Position numbers and translations under genes: made by a program | Part shown: positions 45,756 to 54,736 of the stretch, piece by piece | Layout of the letters: each line of letters starts with the position of its first letter | How positions within the stretch are numbered: the first letter of the stretch is position 1 | Source of the DNA: an uncultured Candidatus Saccharibacteria bacterium | GTDB lineage: Bacteria > Patescibacteriota > UBA1384 > CAILIB01 > JAUSJZ01 | Length of the DNA stretch: 64,000 bases | Reading direction: 5' to 3' | Assembly: GCA_964421635.1 (NCBI GenBank) | Contig: CAYQWZ010000003.1 | Location: forward strand, 65,712-129,711 | The notes under the pieces: model-generated | Databases searched by the model: none | What the model was told of the DNA's origin: nothing | What the model saw: only the letters and a program-made list of their open reading frames with translations

Positions 45756-47911
45756 TAATCTTTAGTTACTCTCCATACTTCTTCTAGTGAGGTAATACCG
45801 TCAATCGCTTTCATTAATCCATCTTGCATCATAGTTGTCATGCCGTCGGCAATGGCTTGAGCAGAAATTTTTGAGTCGTCTGAACTTTGATTAGCAAGTT
45901 CTTTTATAGCGGTGTTGACATCTAAAATTTCAAATAATCCTACTCGGCCTTGGTAGCCAGTGTCGTTACAGACTTCGCAGCCTTTGCCCTTAAAGAAATT
46001 CATTTTGGCGGGCATTTTGTAATCCTTAATTTTGGCTAGCTCTTCTTTAATAGTCTGTAGTTCTTGGGCCGAAGGATTATAACTTTCCTTGCAGTGCTCG
46101 CAAATTTTTCGCGCTAGTCTTTGAGCGATAACTGTATTAACAGATGAAGAAATTAAGAATGGTTCTACACCCATATCTATTAGGCGAGGGAAGGCGCCAG
46201 CGGCGTTGTTGGTGTGTAAAGTAGAGAGCACAATGTGGCCTGTGAGGGCGGATTGAATAGCAATTTCGGCTGTTGGTTTATCACGAATTTCACCAACCAT
46301 AATAATGTCTGGGTCTTGACGCACAATGGCTCGCAATCCATCGGCGAAGTTGTATTTAATGTCGGGGTTGACCTGACTCTGGTTAATTCCCTCAATTCTA
46401 TATTCAATCGGATTTTCTAGAGTCACAATATTTACTCCGACATCCATTAGTTGACCTAAAAGTGCGTACAGGGTGGTAGTTTTGCCAGAACCGGTTGGTC
46501 CGCAAACCAAAGTCATGCCGAAGCTTTTTTTGACATTGTTTTTTACAATATCGTAAGAACGGCCACGCACACCAATTTCTTCCAAAGATAATATTCCTTG
46601 CGATTTGTCGAGTACGCGCATAACTGCTTTTTCGCCGTCTGCTACAGGTAAAATTGAGAGACGAAAGTCAACTCGGTTTTTATCTATCTCTATCATAAAT
46701 CGTCCGTCCTGAGGTAGGCGGTGCTCATCAATTTTTAGGTTGGCAATAATTTTGAGCCTAGCAATTATAGCTGCTTGAATAGTCTTTGGCAGCCTTATTC
46801 GTTCGCGCAGTACACCATCAATCCTAAATCTTATTACCACAGCGTTTTCGTAAGGCTCAACATGAATATCTGATGCCTTCTCCCGCACCGCCCGTCGCAT
46901 TAGTGACAGTACAATTTTGGAGGTAGGAGAATCTTCACCTGAAGTTTCCACATTTTCGTTCTGGGCTTGGGCAATCTCTTTTTTAGAAATTTCTAAGTCA
47001 GTATCTTTAATGACCGTTTCAACTTCTTTCTCCAAGCCTGAATATTGGTTTAAAATTCGATTGATATCTTCGGTGGTGGCCAAAACAGGCACTACATCGC
47101 GGCCAGTGCTTTTTTTAATCAGCTGAACTATCTCTAAGTTTTCAGGATCAACCATAGCCACTGTAATGGTGTTTTTGTCGGCTTCTATGGGGGCGGCTTT
47201 GTGACGGCGAGCGAAAAGTTCAGGCAAAATATTTAAGATTTTTTTGTCAACCTTAATATTAGATAAATCTTTGTAGCTAATAGTTTTTGGCTTGATAGCT
47301 TGCCTAAATTGGCTAGTTTGGGTTTTGGCGTCTACGGTTATAGGATCGCGTTTCTTAAATTTATCAAACAGAATCAATAGATTCGGCGATTTTTTATTTT
47401 GTTCCGTCTTCACTGTTTCTGCTGTTGCTGGTTCTGTCGCTGTCTCAGCAGGCGCTGCTGCTTCAATGATATCTTCTTTCAGCTCAGTGTCAGCTTCAAA
47501 CTCAGCCACATTAACACCATCGCCAGCTTGATTTTCGCCTGCCTGAATTTGATCAACTTCATCTGGCGGAGCACTCATCACTTGGCCATCTTTGTCGTAA
47601 CGAGTAGCGACTTTATGCAAAGTGCCACGACGGATTTCCACCGCATTTCTAAATTTGTCGGCCGGTTTAAACTTAACAACTTTTGTTGGAAGGATTAATA
47701 TCTGATGACCGCGACCCTGCGGGTCAGGCACCGATTTAGAAGGATAGTGGTGAATCTTGAAACGACCAAAATTGGTAATATTAACAACCTCACCTTTATT
47801 AAGGCTGCCGGCAATAACATTTGAGATCTCGTTTATTATTTTCCTAGAACGAGCTAAAGATAGCCCTGACCGCTGGGCTACTAAATTATAAACATCGGAT
47901 GTTTTTAGCAT
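45755..47911 (-). CDS. pilB: Type IV pilus assembly ATPase PilB (GspE family) with an N-terminal HU/IHF-fold domain fusion.
   Basis: Walker A GPTGSGKTT, a T2SSE_N domain, and a C-terminal CxxC zinc motif. N-terminal residues 1-95 align to HU (VNITNFGRFKIHHYPSKSVPDPQGRGHQILILPTKVVKFKPADKFRNAV versus the HU consensus GFGTFEVRxRAARTGRNPQTGEEIKIPAxKVPxFKAGKALKDAV). Confidence 0.85.
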   Translation of the reverse strand: MLKTSDVYNLVAQRSGLSLARSRKIINEISNVIAGSLNKGEVVNITNFGRFKIHHYPSKSVPDPQGRGHQILILPTKVVKFKPADKFRNAVEIRRGTLHKVATRYDKDGQVMSAPPDEVDQIQAGENQAGDGVNVAEFEADTELKEDIIEAAAPAETATEPATAETVKTEQNKKSPNLLILFDKFKKRDPITVDAKTQTSQFRQAIKPKTISYKDLSNIKVDKKILNILPELFARRHKAAPIEADKNTITVAMVDPENLEIVQLIKKSTGRDVVPVLATTEDINRILNQYSGLEKEVETVIKDTDLEISKKEIAQAQNENVETSGEDSPTSKIVLSLMRRAVREKASDIHVEPYENAVVIRFRIDGVLRERIRLPKTIQAAIIARLKIIANLKIDEHRLPQDGRFMIEIDKNRVDFRLSILPVADGEKAVMRVLDKSQGILSLEEIGVRGRSYDIVKNNVKKSFGMTLVCGPTGSGKTTTLYALLGQLMDVGVNIVTLENPIEYRIEGINQSQVNPDIKYNFADGLRAIVRQDPDIIMVGEIRDKPTAEIAIQSALTGHIVLSTLHTNNAAGAFPRLIDMGVEPFLISSSVNTVIAQRLARKICEHCKESYNPSAQELQTIKEELAKIKDYKMPAKMNFFKGKGCEVCNDTGYQGRVGLFEILDVNTAIKELANQSSDDSKISAQAIADGMTTMMQDGLMKAIDGITSLEEVWRVTKD

Positions 47912-48041
47912 CTACTCTATTTTATCAACGCCTGAGTGTTAACTCTACGGGTTAGCTCCAGATAACAGTTGGGGGGTCTAAAAAGACAATACAGCAGTCG
48001 TAATTTCTTGATAATATGAATGGTGATAAGCTAAATACTAC

Positions 48042-49583
48042 ATGTATCAATCGTTATATCGAACTTATAGGCCAACAAATTTTAGCCAAATTGTCGGTCA
48101 AGAACATGTCGTTCGTCTTTTGCGGGCGGCTTTAGCAAAACAAAAAGTCGCCCACGCTTATTTTTTTACAGGACCGCGCGGAACGGGCAAAACTACTGTC
48201 GCGCGGCTATTAGCCAAGGCTGTAAACTGCGAAGGTACGAAGGATAATTCAGAAGATGTCATTTGTGATAGCTGCGATTCCTGCGCCGCTGTGACAGATG
48301 GCAAAAGCCTAGATGTGATAGAAATAGACGCTGCTTCTAATAACGGCGTTGAAGATGTGCGCGCTTTGCGTGAGCGAATTCAGTTTCCACCCCAAGAGCT
48401 CAAAAAGAAGGTCTACATTATTGATGAAGTACACATGCTCTCGACAGGCGCTTTTAACGCACTTTTAAAAACACTAGAAGAGCCACCGGCACACGCCATG
48501 TTTATTTTAGCTACAACAGAGCCTCATAAAGTGCCAATTACTATTCAATCGCGCTGTCAAAGAGTAGATTTTCATCGAGCTACAAATAAGCAAATTATTC
48601 AAAATCTTAAGAATATTACCCAAAGTGAAAAGATTAAAATTAAAAATGATGCTTTAGAACTGTTAGCCGAGCTTTCAGAAGGCAGCTTCCGTGATTCTAT
48701 CACCCTGTTAGAGCGAGTGATGCAAGAGAAAGACGAAGTAGATATTGAGCGCGTTAATGAGCTTTTAGGATTAGGAGACGAAAAAACAATCCAAGATATA
48801 TTAGAGGCGGTTTTAGATTTTGATCAAACAAAATCTTTTAAAAAATTAGATATCGCCATTGAAAAAGGGGTTAATGCGACTTACTTGGCTTACAGTATGA
48901 TTCATTTAATTCGGCGACTGTTATACATTCGCGTTGGTGTCATAAAAAGTAGTCGAGATTTTGATAAACAAAATTCTATTAAGGCCAGCGTTGAACAGTT
49001 TAGGCAGCTTTTAAAACTCTGGCAAGAAGCGGCCATAGATTCGCGCCATTCTCCAATTACACAACTGCCCTTAGAACTAGCGTTGGCTGAATGGTTAGGG
49101 AAAGCAGAGCCAAAAACTGATCTCGAATTGAAGCCAGAAATGATTACAGAAAATCTGCCACAACAATCAACTGAACAAGATTCTATCAGTCAGCAAACCA
49201 CAAAGATAGTTCAAAATTCTAAAACCTATGTTTTAGACAACAAACAGTGGGATGAAGTTCTAGCCAAATTGATTAAGTACAACCATTCATTAACTAAATT
49301 ATTGCAACAGGCTAGCCTTGGTCGGGTACAAAATAATAAACTGCCAATTTATGTACAATATAAATTTCATGCTGAAACGCTAGCTCAAAAAATCAATTTC
49401 GATGCTCTAGCTAAAGCTTTACTAGAAGTAACAAAAACTACTTTGGTGCCCGTATTCGAAATTGGCCAGCCGAAAGAAGTAGTCAACCAGAGCAATCCTC
49501 AAGAAATACCAAGCTCTACCAACTTCGAAAATTCTACCGACTCTGACGATTTGCTTAACAAAGTGAACGAGGTTTTCACATAA
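48042..49583 (+). CDS. dnaX: DNA polymerase III subunit gamma/tau.
   Basis: Walker A GPRGTGKTT and a zinc module (CDSCDSCAAV). Confidence 0.9.
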   Translation: MYQSLYRTYRPTNFSQIVGQEHVVRLLRAALAKQKVAHAYFFTGPRGTGKTTVARLLAKAVNCEGTKDNSEDVICDSCDSCAAVTDGKSLDVIEIDAASNNGVEDVRALRERIQFPPQELKKKVYIIDEVHMLSTGAFNALLKTLEEPPAHAMFILATTEPHKVPITIQSRCQRVDFHRATNKQIIQNLKNITQSEKIKIKNDALELLAELSEGSFRDSITLLERVMQEKDEVDIERVNELLGLGDEKTIQDILEAVLDFDQTKSFKKLDIAIEKGVNATYLAYSMIHLIRRLLYIRVGVIKSSRDFDKQNSIKASVEQFRQLLKLWQEAAIDSRHSPITQLPLELALAEWLGKAEPKTDLELKPEMITENLPQQSTEQDSISQQTTKIVQNSKTYVLDNKQWDEVLAKLIKYNHSLTKLLQQASLGRVQNNKLPIYVQYKFHAETLAQKINFDALAKALLEVTKTTLVPVFEIGQPKEVVNQSNPQEIPSSTNFENSTDSDDLLNKVNEVFT

Positions 49584-49615
49584 TCTGGTAAATTAAGATT
49601 AACTAAATTAATTTT

Positions 49616-49912
49616 ATGCGTGTAAAAATAGATAAAGATGCCTGCCAAACCGCCGCTACCTGTTTGCAATTTCAGCTCAGTGACGAAAAAACGCTTTATG
49701 AGTTAGACGATGATTCAATTGCTGTTTTGAAAACGAAGGATGGCCAAGCTGTAGGTGACGAATGGGTAGATATTAAAGAATTAGCTGGCTATGACGAAAC
49801 GAAGGATGTCAAGATGCGCGAAATTTTGCTTGATTCAGCCAAAGCTTGCTCCTTCAACGCCATTGTCATTGAAGATGATAATGGCAAGGTAATCTGGCCC
49901 GAAGAGATTTAA
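49616..49912 (+). CDS. Small ferredoxin-fold protein with a 3-Cys pattern (CxxAxxC...C), possibly a [3Fe-4S] or degenerate cluster site.
   Basis: VKIDKDACQTAATCLQF...AKACSFNAIVIED resembles mono-cluster ferredoxins with the middle Cys replaced by Ala and CP replaced by CS. Confidence 0.35.
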   Translation: MRVKIDKDACQTAATCLQFQLSDEKTLYELDDDSIAVLKTKDGQAVGDEWVDIKELAGYDETKDVKMREILLDSAKACSFNAIVIEDDNGKVIWPEEI

Positions 49913-49913
49913 T

Positions 49914-50762
49914 ATGACCAAACCACGAATTGGAGCGCATGTCTCAGCAGCGGGAGGGGCCAAAAAACTTCTGGCTCGAGTCGAAGATTTAGGTGTTGAG
50001 GTGGCGCAGATTCATCCTTCGGCGCCGCAGACCTATCGACAATCATCTATTTTGGCACCCGACCGTCAACTAATCAAAGAAACTCTTGAGAAAAAGAAAA
50101 TCCTGCTTTATTTTCATTCAATTTATTTAATCAATTTGGCCAATGAAGATAATCAAAAATGGCACGCCTCTATTTCAGCGGTGAAACATTATTTAGAAAT
50201 TGCGCCTGAGTTTGGCGCTATTGGCACGGTCACTCATGTTGGCTCGCATAAAGGTAAAGGATTGGCTGCGGTTGAGGCGCGGCTGCAAAAGGCAGCTCAA
50301 AAACTGGCTAAAGAAACGACGCAGCCGCGCGGTAAATTTATTATTGAAAATACGGCTGGTGGTGGCGGAACTTTAGGACGGAATCTAGATGAGCTAGAAT
50401 TTTTATACAAAATCTTTTCTGAGTATTTAGACACAGGAATCTGTCTGGATACCTGCCATCTGTTTGCGGCTGGCGTTCCTATTAATGATCAGAAAAAATT
50501 TTCTGTTTGGCTCGACCAATTCGATCATACTATCGGATTAGAAAAGGTGCTAGCAATCCATCTAAATGATTCAAAAACTAAATTTAATTCTAATCGTGAT
50601 CGGCATGCAAATATTGGGGAGGGGGAGATTGGGGAAGATATTTTGCGCCGAATTGTGAAGGAGCCACGACTGGCTCACTGCGATTTTGTATTAGAAGTTC
50701 CTGGTGCAGGCGAAGGGCCAGATAAGCCAAATATTGAAAAGGCAAAGTCGTTTCGCAGTTAA
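49914..50762 (+). CDS. nfo: Endonuclease IV (AP endonuclease, TIM barrel).
   Basis: Metal-ligand motifs (HVGSHKG, IENTAGGG, CLDTCHLFAAG, AIHLNDSK). Confidence 0.9.
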   Translation: MTKPRIGAHVSAAGGAKKLLARVEDLGVEVAQIHPSAPQTYRQSSILAPDRQLIKETLEKKKILLYFHSIYLINLANEDNQKWHASISAVKHYLEIAPEFGAIGTVTHVGSHKGKGLAAVEARLQKAAQKLAKETTQPRGKFIIENTAGGGGTLGRNLDELEFLYKIFSEYLDTGICLDTCHLFAAGVPINDQKKFSVWLDQFDHTIGLEKVLAIHLNDSKTKFNSNRDRHANIGEGEIGEDILRRIVKEPRLAHCDFVLEVPGAGEGPDKPNIEKAKSFRS

Positions 50763-50807
50763 AAAAAGGAGCAAAAAACAGGCAACAAAAACAGGCAATA
50801 AAAAGAA

Positions 50808-50831
50808 GGGGCGGCGGAGCCGCCCCTTTTT
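50808..50831. terminator. Bidirectional intrinsic terminator (GGGGCGGC-gga-GCCGCCCC flanked by A/T runs) between the convergent nfo and lipoprotein genes.
   Basis: An 8 bp GC stem with a T-run on the plus strand and a U-rich tract on the minus strand. Confidence 0.75.
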
Positions 50832-50886
50832 GAGTGCGCCAAGATGAGACTTGGCGGGGGTATCCAACGATTCGTAACATCGACTG

Positions 50887-53013
50887 TTACCAGTTGATGG
50901 TGTACTCTTCGAACCGTTGGGAGTGGTTGTTGTTGGTGCTAGGCCCGCGAGGGAAGCCGTGGTGGTAAAGGGGGCCGCTGTAACGAGACAGCATGCCACC
51001 GTAAACCGCCCAAGCGTTGTTGACGCCGAGTTCACAGATTCGACCATGTTGGAAGATCTGTTCCTCGCCGTAACGAGCGCTACAGCCCGACCTCACCCTT
51101 GTGACCTTGGCAGTCAGCGGATAGCCCATGGGTCCAGAGGGGCCACCAGTGCGTTCGTATTCACGGAAGAATCCTCCTGTGATTACATGCTCCGTTTGAC
51201 TCCACTCCGCGATGCAACCACCTTGGAAGGGCTGGTACATGCCATACCCACCATTGGTGTTTACATACTGCGGAGCGCCAGATTTGGGCGATCGGCGATG
51301 GTCGGCGGGAAAGCTGAGTTCGCCAGACCATTTGCCCTTGTGTTCCCAGACGCGGGCGAAATCGCCAATCACATGGGTAACGAGACCCTTGCATTTGACG
51401 ATGTAGCCACTTTCGAATTGCTGTGCCTCGCCGATTTCACCATCGACGCCGGATCGCAATCCTCGCATCTGGTCGCCAATGGGACAGCCTAGTTCGCCGT
51501 TGCCGCCACCTTTTGTCTCATGGTATCTGGAGAACTCTCCCTCGACCGGGTAGACATTCGTGCCGAGGTTGTACAGTACTCCATTCTCACCTCGTTGTCT
51601 GGTGTAGCCACGGTTAGATACGCCGGAGACATACCGACCGTCTCTTCCATCCATCTGGGAAGGTTCAACTGATCGTCCCACATTACTGCGAGCGGCTGCC
51701 GCCTCCCACTTTTCACGGAAGAAGGCGTTATGTCCCCAGACGATGCCGACTACTTGCTGTGCTACCTGTTGCGGCGCCGACGCTGTGGAAGAAGAAGTAG
51801 CGCCGTTACTGCTAGTTTGGCTTGCCGGTATGGAGGCGTAGGTAGTTACGGATGAGCTACCAGACTCGCTGCCGGTGTCGATTACTTCTGCCAACTCGTT
51901 ATAGACACGCTCCATGGCTGAAGGGTGACTATGCAAAGCAGAATGTCCGAGTGGCAGAACAGCCGATTCCCAGCGAGCTTCATTGGCCAGACCCGACCAG
52001 TTGCAGCTGTTAACACTAACAACCCAGTCTTTGCTTCCTGCCAGAGTGAAGTAATCTGTATCAGCGTGGGTCGGCTGATTCAGATCGTTGAGAAATATAC
52101 TATTGTGCATCATATTACCGATGGATGGAATAGTATAATTGGCAATAAAATACGCTATTAATGATGTTTCGATTAATGCTGGATTCAGTGTAACTCCAGC
52201 AGCAAAGATAAGGTTATCCGTTGTTAATCCAGCGAAAGAAACACCATCATTAGGTGTACCAAGCATTACTAATTTCTTAACGTCATGATCCATCCCTCTT
52301 TTCTCAATAAGATGTCGAGCGACAAGACCACCTTGGCTGTGGCCGACTACAACCAACTTCTTGTAACCGCAGGTATTATGTAATTCATGTAATGCATCGT
52401 ATATTTGTTGGGAGCTTGTAGTGATTGATTGAAGATCATAATAATCGATATAAAGAAGATTTGAAACCAATCTTGTTTTTGATTCTTGACCAGGAATGAA
52501 TCCATTAATAGAATTTGCAACATCCTTCATGGAGGTATGATTGGTGAAAGTACCATGAAGAACTATTCCTATGGGTAATTCAGATGTCGCACGACCCGAA
52601 GTGTTTGTACCCATATAATTGATTTGTGGAGGAGTTGCTTGTGGCAAAGTGATTTTGAACAAACTGATGCTTTTTGGAGCAACATCCTCTTGAAGCGGGG
52701 TACTAGAAAATTTTGTAACAACAGTGTTCCCGTCAAGTTCACCAACAACTGGTTGCCAAGAGCCATTCTCGTATGTCAATGTCAGCAAGAAAGCCTCATT
52801 GTCTCTCAGAGAATCATTGTAGTTGAGGGTCACATCTTTGTTTAGGCTTCTTTTCGCTTCGATTTGTTGCTCATGAACTTTCACCGATGTGAAATCAGTA
52901 CTTTCCGAAGTGAACGAAGGCTCATCTAGTTGATTAAGTGATGGGCTGGAATCATTGTTTGAACCGCAACCGTATAGAAGCGCCAACGCAATTGACAGCA
53001 GCAGCCTCTTCAT
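50887..53013 (-). CDS. Lipoprotein with an N-terminal alpha/beta-hydrolase (lipase/esterase) domain, a Ser/Thr-rich linker, and C-terminal tandem LGFP repeats. The two halves differ sharply in GC.
   Basis: Lipobox LLYGCGS, nucleophile elbow VVVGHSQGGLVA, and C-terminal repeats containing LGCP/LSFP/MGYP/HGFP with the W..GG..G.LG.P spacing typical of LGFP repeats. GC is about 38% at 52000-53000 and about 58% at 50887-51800. Confidence 0.65.
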   Translation of the reverse strand: MKRLLLSIALALLYGCGSNNDSSPSLNQLDEPSFTSESTDFTSVKVHEQQIEAKRSLNKDVTLNYNDSLRDNEAFLLTLTYENGSWQPVVGELDGNTVVTKFSSTPLQEDVAPKSISLFKITLPQATPPQINYMGTNTSGRATSELPIGIVLHGTFTNHTSMKDVANSINGFIPGQESKTRLVSNLLYIDYYDLQSITTSSQQIYDALHELHNTCGYKKLVVVGHSQGGLVARHLIEKRGMDHDVKKLVMLGTPNDGVSFAGLTTDNLIFAAGVTLNPALIETSLIAYFIANYTIPSIGNMMHNSIFLNDLNQPTHADTDYFTLAGSKDWVVSVNSCNWSGLANEARWESAVLPLGHSALHSHPSAMERVYNELAEVIDTGSESGSSSVTTYASIPASQTSSNGATSSSTASAPQQVAQQVVGIVWGHNAFFREKWEAAAARSNVGRSVEPSQMDGRDGRYVSGVSNRGYTRQRGENGVLYNLGTNVYPVEGEFSRYHETKGGGNGELGCPIGDQMRGLRSGVDGEIGEAQQFESGYIVKCKGLVTHVIGDFARVWEHKGKWSGELSFPADHRRSPKSGAPQYVNTNGGYGMYQPFQGGCIAEWSQTEHVITGGFFREYERTGGPSGPMGYPLTAKVTRVRSGCSARYGEEQIFQHGRICELGVNNAWAVYGGMLSRYSGPLYHHGFPRGPSTNNNHSQRFEEYTINW

Positions 53014-53095
53014 CCGTCTCTCCTCGTTGTTCAGGTTCTAGATCGCCCTATTGCGACCCTGCATTCATTAAAACGAAGTCTTCATTACAGGATAT

Positions 53096-53140
53096 TTATT
53101 ACGAATGAAGATGAGATAATGATTTTGTAATGTAAGTTGG
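53096..53140 (+). promoter_or_regulatory. Conserved promoter-like element (copy 1), ACGAATGAAGATGAGATAAT...TGTAATGTAA, 14 nt upstream of ATG 53155.
   Basis: A 20 nt identical core plus a similar downstream part recur at 53878..53920. TGAGATAAT resembles an extended -10. Confidence 0.45.
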
Positions 53141-53154
53141 TTTAACCTATTGTT

Positions 53155-53454
53155 ATGCATGATCTCTACTTATTGTTTGTAGCAGTAATATCTATGATTC
53201 TTTCCTGGTTTTTTGTAAGGACATTAGTTTTTGTTGGTTTAGAGAGGAAAAAAATTAGTAATGAACAAAAAACATTATTACAAGAAGAAATTAAAAGAGT
53301 AGCTTTTGGGCCGCTTATATATTATGGAATTAGTAAGAAATATGATATTGTTTGTAATATTGTTCCAAGATACTGGATAGATTTTTCTGTAATTATTGGC
53401 TATTTCTTTCTTTTTATATGTTTTAGATTATTATCATTAGTAATTTATTTATGA
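53155..53454 (+). CDS. Small membrane protein (2-3 TM), hypothetical, in a very AT-rich island.
   Basis: ORF with predicted TM helices. GC is about 28-30%. Confidence 0.35.
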   Translation: MHDLYLLFVAVISMILSWFFVRTLVFVGLERKKISNEQKTLLQEEIKRVAFGPLIYYGISKKYDIVCNIVPRYWIDFSVIIGYFFLFICFRLLSLVIYL

Positions 53455-53858
53455 ATACAAAAAACACAAATAGAAATCAATTAATAACTGGCTTATTCTA
53501 TATTTTGTCAGCAATCATTTTTGTGTGGTTGCCTTTGCCATTTCTTTATCCTGCAATGAATGATTTGAGTCTTATCATTCTCTTAATGTATCCAATATTC
53601 ATTACTCCATTATTTGCTATTTTTCTAGTGTTATTAAAAGTAATAGGAAAAAAAATCCCGCTAAATATAATAGTATTATCTACAGTGTTTGCATTAATAT
53701 TTAGTGTGGTGGCATTAAGATTGGAATCACAATACAGTATCCTTTCTAATCTTATGGAGGGGAATATACATTTCGAAAAAAAATCAACTGAATTGATAAT
53801 AATAGATCAAAATGACGATTCTAATACTATTGGAGAAGAAACAATAACCTCAGATTAG
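53451..53858 (+). CDS. Small membrane protein (3 TM), hypothetical.
   Basis: Overlapping start with the upstream ORF. Predicted TM helices. Confidence 0.35.
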   Translation: MNTKNTNRNQLITGLFYILSAIIFVWLPLPFLYPAMNDLSLIILLMYPIFITPLFAIFLVLLKVIGKKIPLNIIVLSTVFALIFSVVALRLESQYSILSNLMEGNIHFEKKSTELIIIDQNDDSNTIGEETITSD

Positions 53859-53877
53859 TTACTTGATGTAAAATTTA

Positions 53878-53920
53878 TCACGAATGAAGATGAGATAATT
53901 AAAATGTAATGTAATTTAGA
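53878..53920 (+). promoter_or_regulatory. Conserved promoter-like element (copy 2), 13 nt upstream of ATG 53934.
   Basis: See copy 1. Confidence 0.45.
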
Positions 53921-53933
53921 ATAGGATTAATGC

Positions 53934-54386
53934 ATGCAAATAAATTTCTTGAAACACGGTCAGTCGTCGAAGCTGATGACTTTTTCTTCCTCTTTGTTTT
54001 CTCTGATAATTATTTTTTTTCTTACTTCCAAAAATGTTTTAGCATTTCTGCCATATTTAATTTTTGTGCCGTTAGCTTTAACATTTATTGCCTATATTAT
54101 TTCCAATTCTCTATATAAAAAGAAAAAAATAGATCAAAAAGAATACTCCTTTATACCAAAGTATGTGTTTATATTGAATTTGTTTCTATACTCGCTTGAG
54201 TTAGGATTTCATATTTTTTACAATGCCAGATCTCAAATAAATTTTTTCACATCTGGAATGTTAGGGGCAAAGATCGTATATATAATCAGCACTTATTCTT
54301 TGCAAATATTCATAATATTGTTTTTGGCTGCAATTATATTATGGTTTTATCAAATATTACAAGGTGTGCCTAAAAGTGAGAAATAG
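53934..54386 (+). CDS. Small membrane protein (4 TM), hypothetical.
   Basis: ORF with predicted TM helices. AT-rich. Confidence 0.35.
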   Translation: MQINFLKHGQSSKLMTFSSSLFSLIIIFFLTSKNVLAFLPYLIFVPLALTFIAYIISNSLYKKKKIDQKEYSFIPKYVFILNLFLYSLELGFHIFYNARSQINFFTSGMLGAKIVYIISTYSLQIFIILFLAAIILWFYQILQGVPKSEK

Positions 54387-54429
54387 TATTTAATCTATCA
54401 ATGAAAAATATTACACAATTACTATATCT

Positions 54430-54708
54430 ATGATGAGCAAGAGCTTTATCATTTCATCTTTGAGTATTACTATAGTTGGAATATTTATTTTAATGAATGC
54501 TTCTGCCCTTGGAATGGAAGGATTAGCAATTGCAATGTATTACATACCCATGTCGCTACTGATTGCTTTCTTTATAGTTGTACCAATAGCAAATAAATTA
54601 AGGGATAAGAAAATCTTAGATCATAATCAGTACATATTTTTTACCATTTTATTGTTATTTACCAACATATTGTTTCTACTGATTAAACTTAATCACGGCT
54701 TTTCGTAG
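54430..54708 (+). CDS. Small membrane protein (2-3 TM), hypothetical.
   Basis: ORF with predicted TM helices. Confidence 0.3.
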   Translation: MMSKSFIISSLSITIVGIFILMNASALGMEGLAIAMYYIPMSLLIAFFIVVPIANKLRDKKILDHNQYIFFTILLLFTNILFLLIKLNHGFS

Positions 54709-54736
54709 AATCCTAACCTAACCCCACCACAATTTT

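Noticed and set aside
46180-47698. Short ORFs within pilB (46180..46407, 46235..46420, 46917..47126, 47292..47531, 47399..47698)
   Set aside because: They are fully contained in the well-supported PilB coding sequence. None has an independent RBS or motif.
50917-51716. Multiple ORFs of 64-191 aa on both strands inside the 3-prime half of the lipoprotein gene (50917..51492, 51161..51394, 51212..51406, 51423..51617, 51489..51716)
   Set aside because: They lie within the about 58% GC LGFP-encoding segment, where stop codons are rare in all frames. They lack RBSs and overlap a long ORF that has a coherent domain structure.
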